A stretch of 64,000 nt of DNA from Chiloscyllium plagiosum (lineage: Eukaryota), in NCBI RefSeq assembly GCF_004010195.1, contig NC_057711.1:27183972-27247971 (forward strand). Direction: 5' to 3'. The notes under the pieces were generated by a model, which was not told the origin of the DNA, did no database searches, and worked only from the letters and a program-made list of their open reading frames with translations. How positions within the stretch are numbered: position 1 is the first letter of the stretch; the number at the start of each line of letters is the position of its first letter. Of this stretch, positions 62,780 to 64,000 are shown piece by piece. The position numbers were made by a program, and so were the translations under genes.

Positions 62780-63380
62780 AATCACCCTCAATAAGATGGA
62801 TTGACTCATTTCATAAATGTTTTAAGAATAACTGCTATGTTAGAAAAAAAAGTTAGAAAATGACCAAAGTTGAGAAATAAATATTCCAGGGTGCACAATA
62901 CTTCAAAGTGACAGGCTCAATAGCAAAGGAAGAGTAGTGTCTCTGATAGCAATGCATGACAAAAGTAGATTTGTGAGAATTGGTCTTGACTCAAAAACTA
63001 AAAGTAAATGCAGGATGCAGAATAGGAGTAGGAGAAAATGCAGTTTGATTAGTATATACTATTTGACAGTGTTAAACATGAAGATTGTGTAACAATGATA
63101 CTGTAATTATTGTGTGGAACTTCAATCTTCACATATAATGGACAGATCAAATTGGCAAAGTTTTTCTACAAGATGAGTTTTTAGAATGATTTGCAACGTA
63201 ACCTGGAGCAACATTTGTTGAACAAACATGGGATAAAGTTATTTTAGACCTAGCAGGATGAATTAGTGGTGACATAACAAAAACTCCACCTGGGAGTAGT
63301 GATCATAAAACATTTGAATTTCATGTTAAGTTTGAAAGTGATGTAGTCCAATTACAAGCAAAAATCTTCAACTCGTCACA
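62780..63380 (+). mobile_element. Old CR1 endonuclease fragment
   Basis: Remnants NIPG..YF..DR, G.FNL, ILDL, LGSSDH..IEF. Confidence 0.55.
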
Positions 63381-63392
63381 TATGTATAAGGG

Positions 63393-63522
63393 TAAAAACA
63401 AGGACTGCAGATGCTGGAAACCAGATTCTTGATTAGAGTGGTGCTGGAAAAGCACAGTAGTTCAGGCAGTATCCGAGGAGCAGGAAAATCGACGTTTCGG
63501 GCAAAAGCCCTTCATCAGGAAT
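63393..63522 (-). mobile_element. Penelope-like family A copy with an intact hammerhead core; TSD gtataaggg
   Basis: Minus strand attcCTGATGAagggcttttgcccGAAAcgtcgatt (63487-63522). Confidence 0.88.
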
Positions 63523-64000
63523 AGAGTATAAGGGGACAGCTGGCTAGGCTTGATTAAATAAATCTGCAATCCTGCTACATCTATTTGCCAATGCTGGTGG
63601 ACAATTGAACAGTAGGAGGTGAGGGCTCCACATTCTCCATTCTCAAATGATTATCAGTGCAAAAAAACAAGGCTGATGTATTTTCATCCACCTCCAGCTG
63701 GAAATGCCAAGTGGCGGATCTACTTGGCTGCCCCTTGAGCTCATGAGCAGCCCAGAGCCCAGAATTTGACCAGTTTGATTCATTCCATGTGATAGTCAAG
63801 AAACCACTGAAGGCACTGACATTGCACAGACTGTAGCTGCTGACAATAGTACTGAAAACCTCTGCACTCGAACTAGAGTTAATACTTTAAAGGAAATATT
63901 GTGTTTACCAAATAGAGCCCTGCCACAAGATTTCAATTTCTTTTTGAACAAATTAAATGTGTCCAGCAATTGAATGTTTCTGAAGAAAGACACTTTTTGT

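Overview
Vertebrate genomic DNA, almost certainly a cartilaginous fish (shark-type HE1 SINE, HER1/CR1 LINE and Penelope repeats). The window is the 5' part of a minus-strand SORBS2 (ArgBP2) gene. Seven phase-compatible GT-AG coding exons run from the start codon at 47207 (MNT|DSGG...) to 3928, 1522 coding nt in total. They include a 27-nt microexon and two large symmetric cassette exons, one resembling a SORBS1 exon. The gene continues beyond position 1. The introns are packed with CR1, Zenon-like, RTE, L1-Tx1 and L2 fragments, SINEs, possible solo LTRs and a Tigger-like MITE. At least four families of short Penelope-like elements are present, three carrying recognisable minimal hammerhead ribozyme cores. 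Other notable items: a tandemly duplicated tRNA-Cys(GCA) fused without a terminator to an HE1 SINE, two retro-insertions that captured nearby intronic DNA, a VNTR-containing composite retroposon, and an unexplained poly(A)-tailed coding-like segment at about 190-918. All family names come from recall, not database searches, and most repeat boundaries are approximate.
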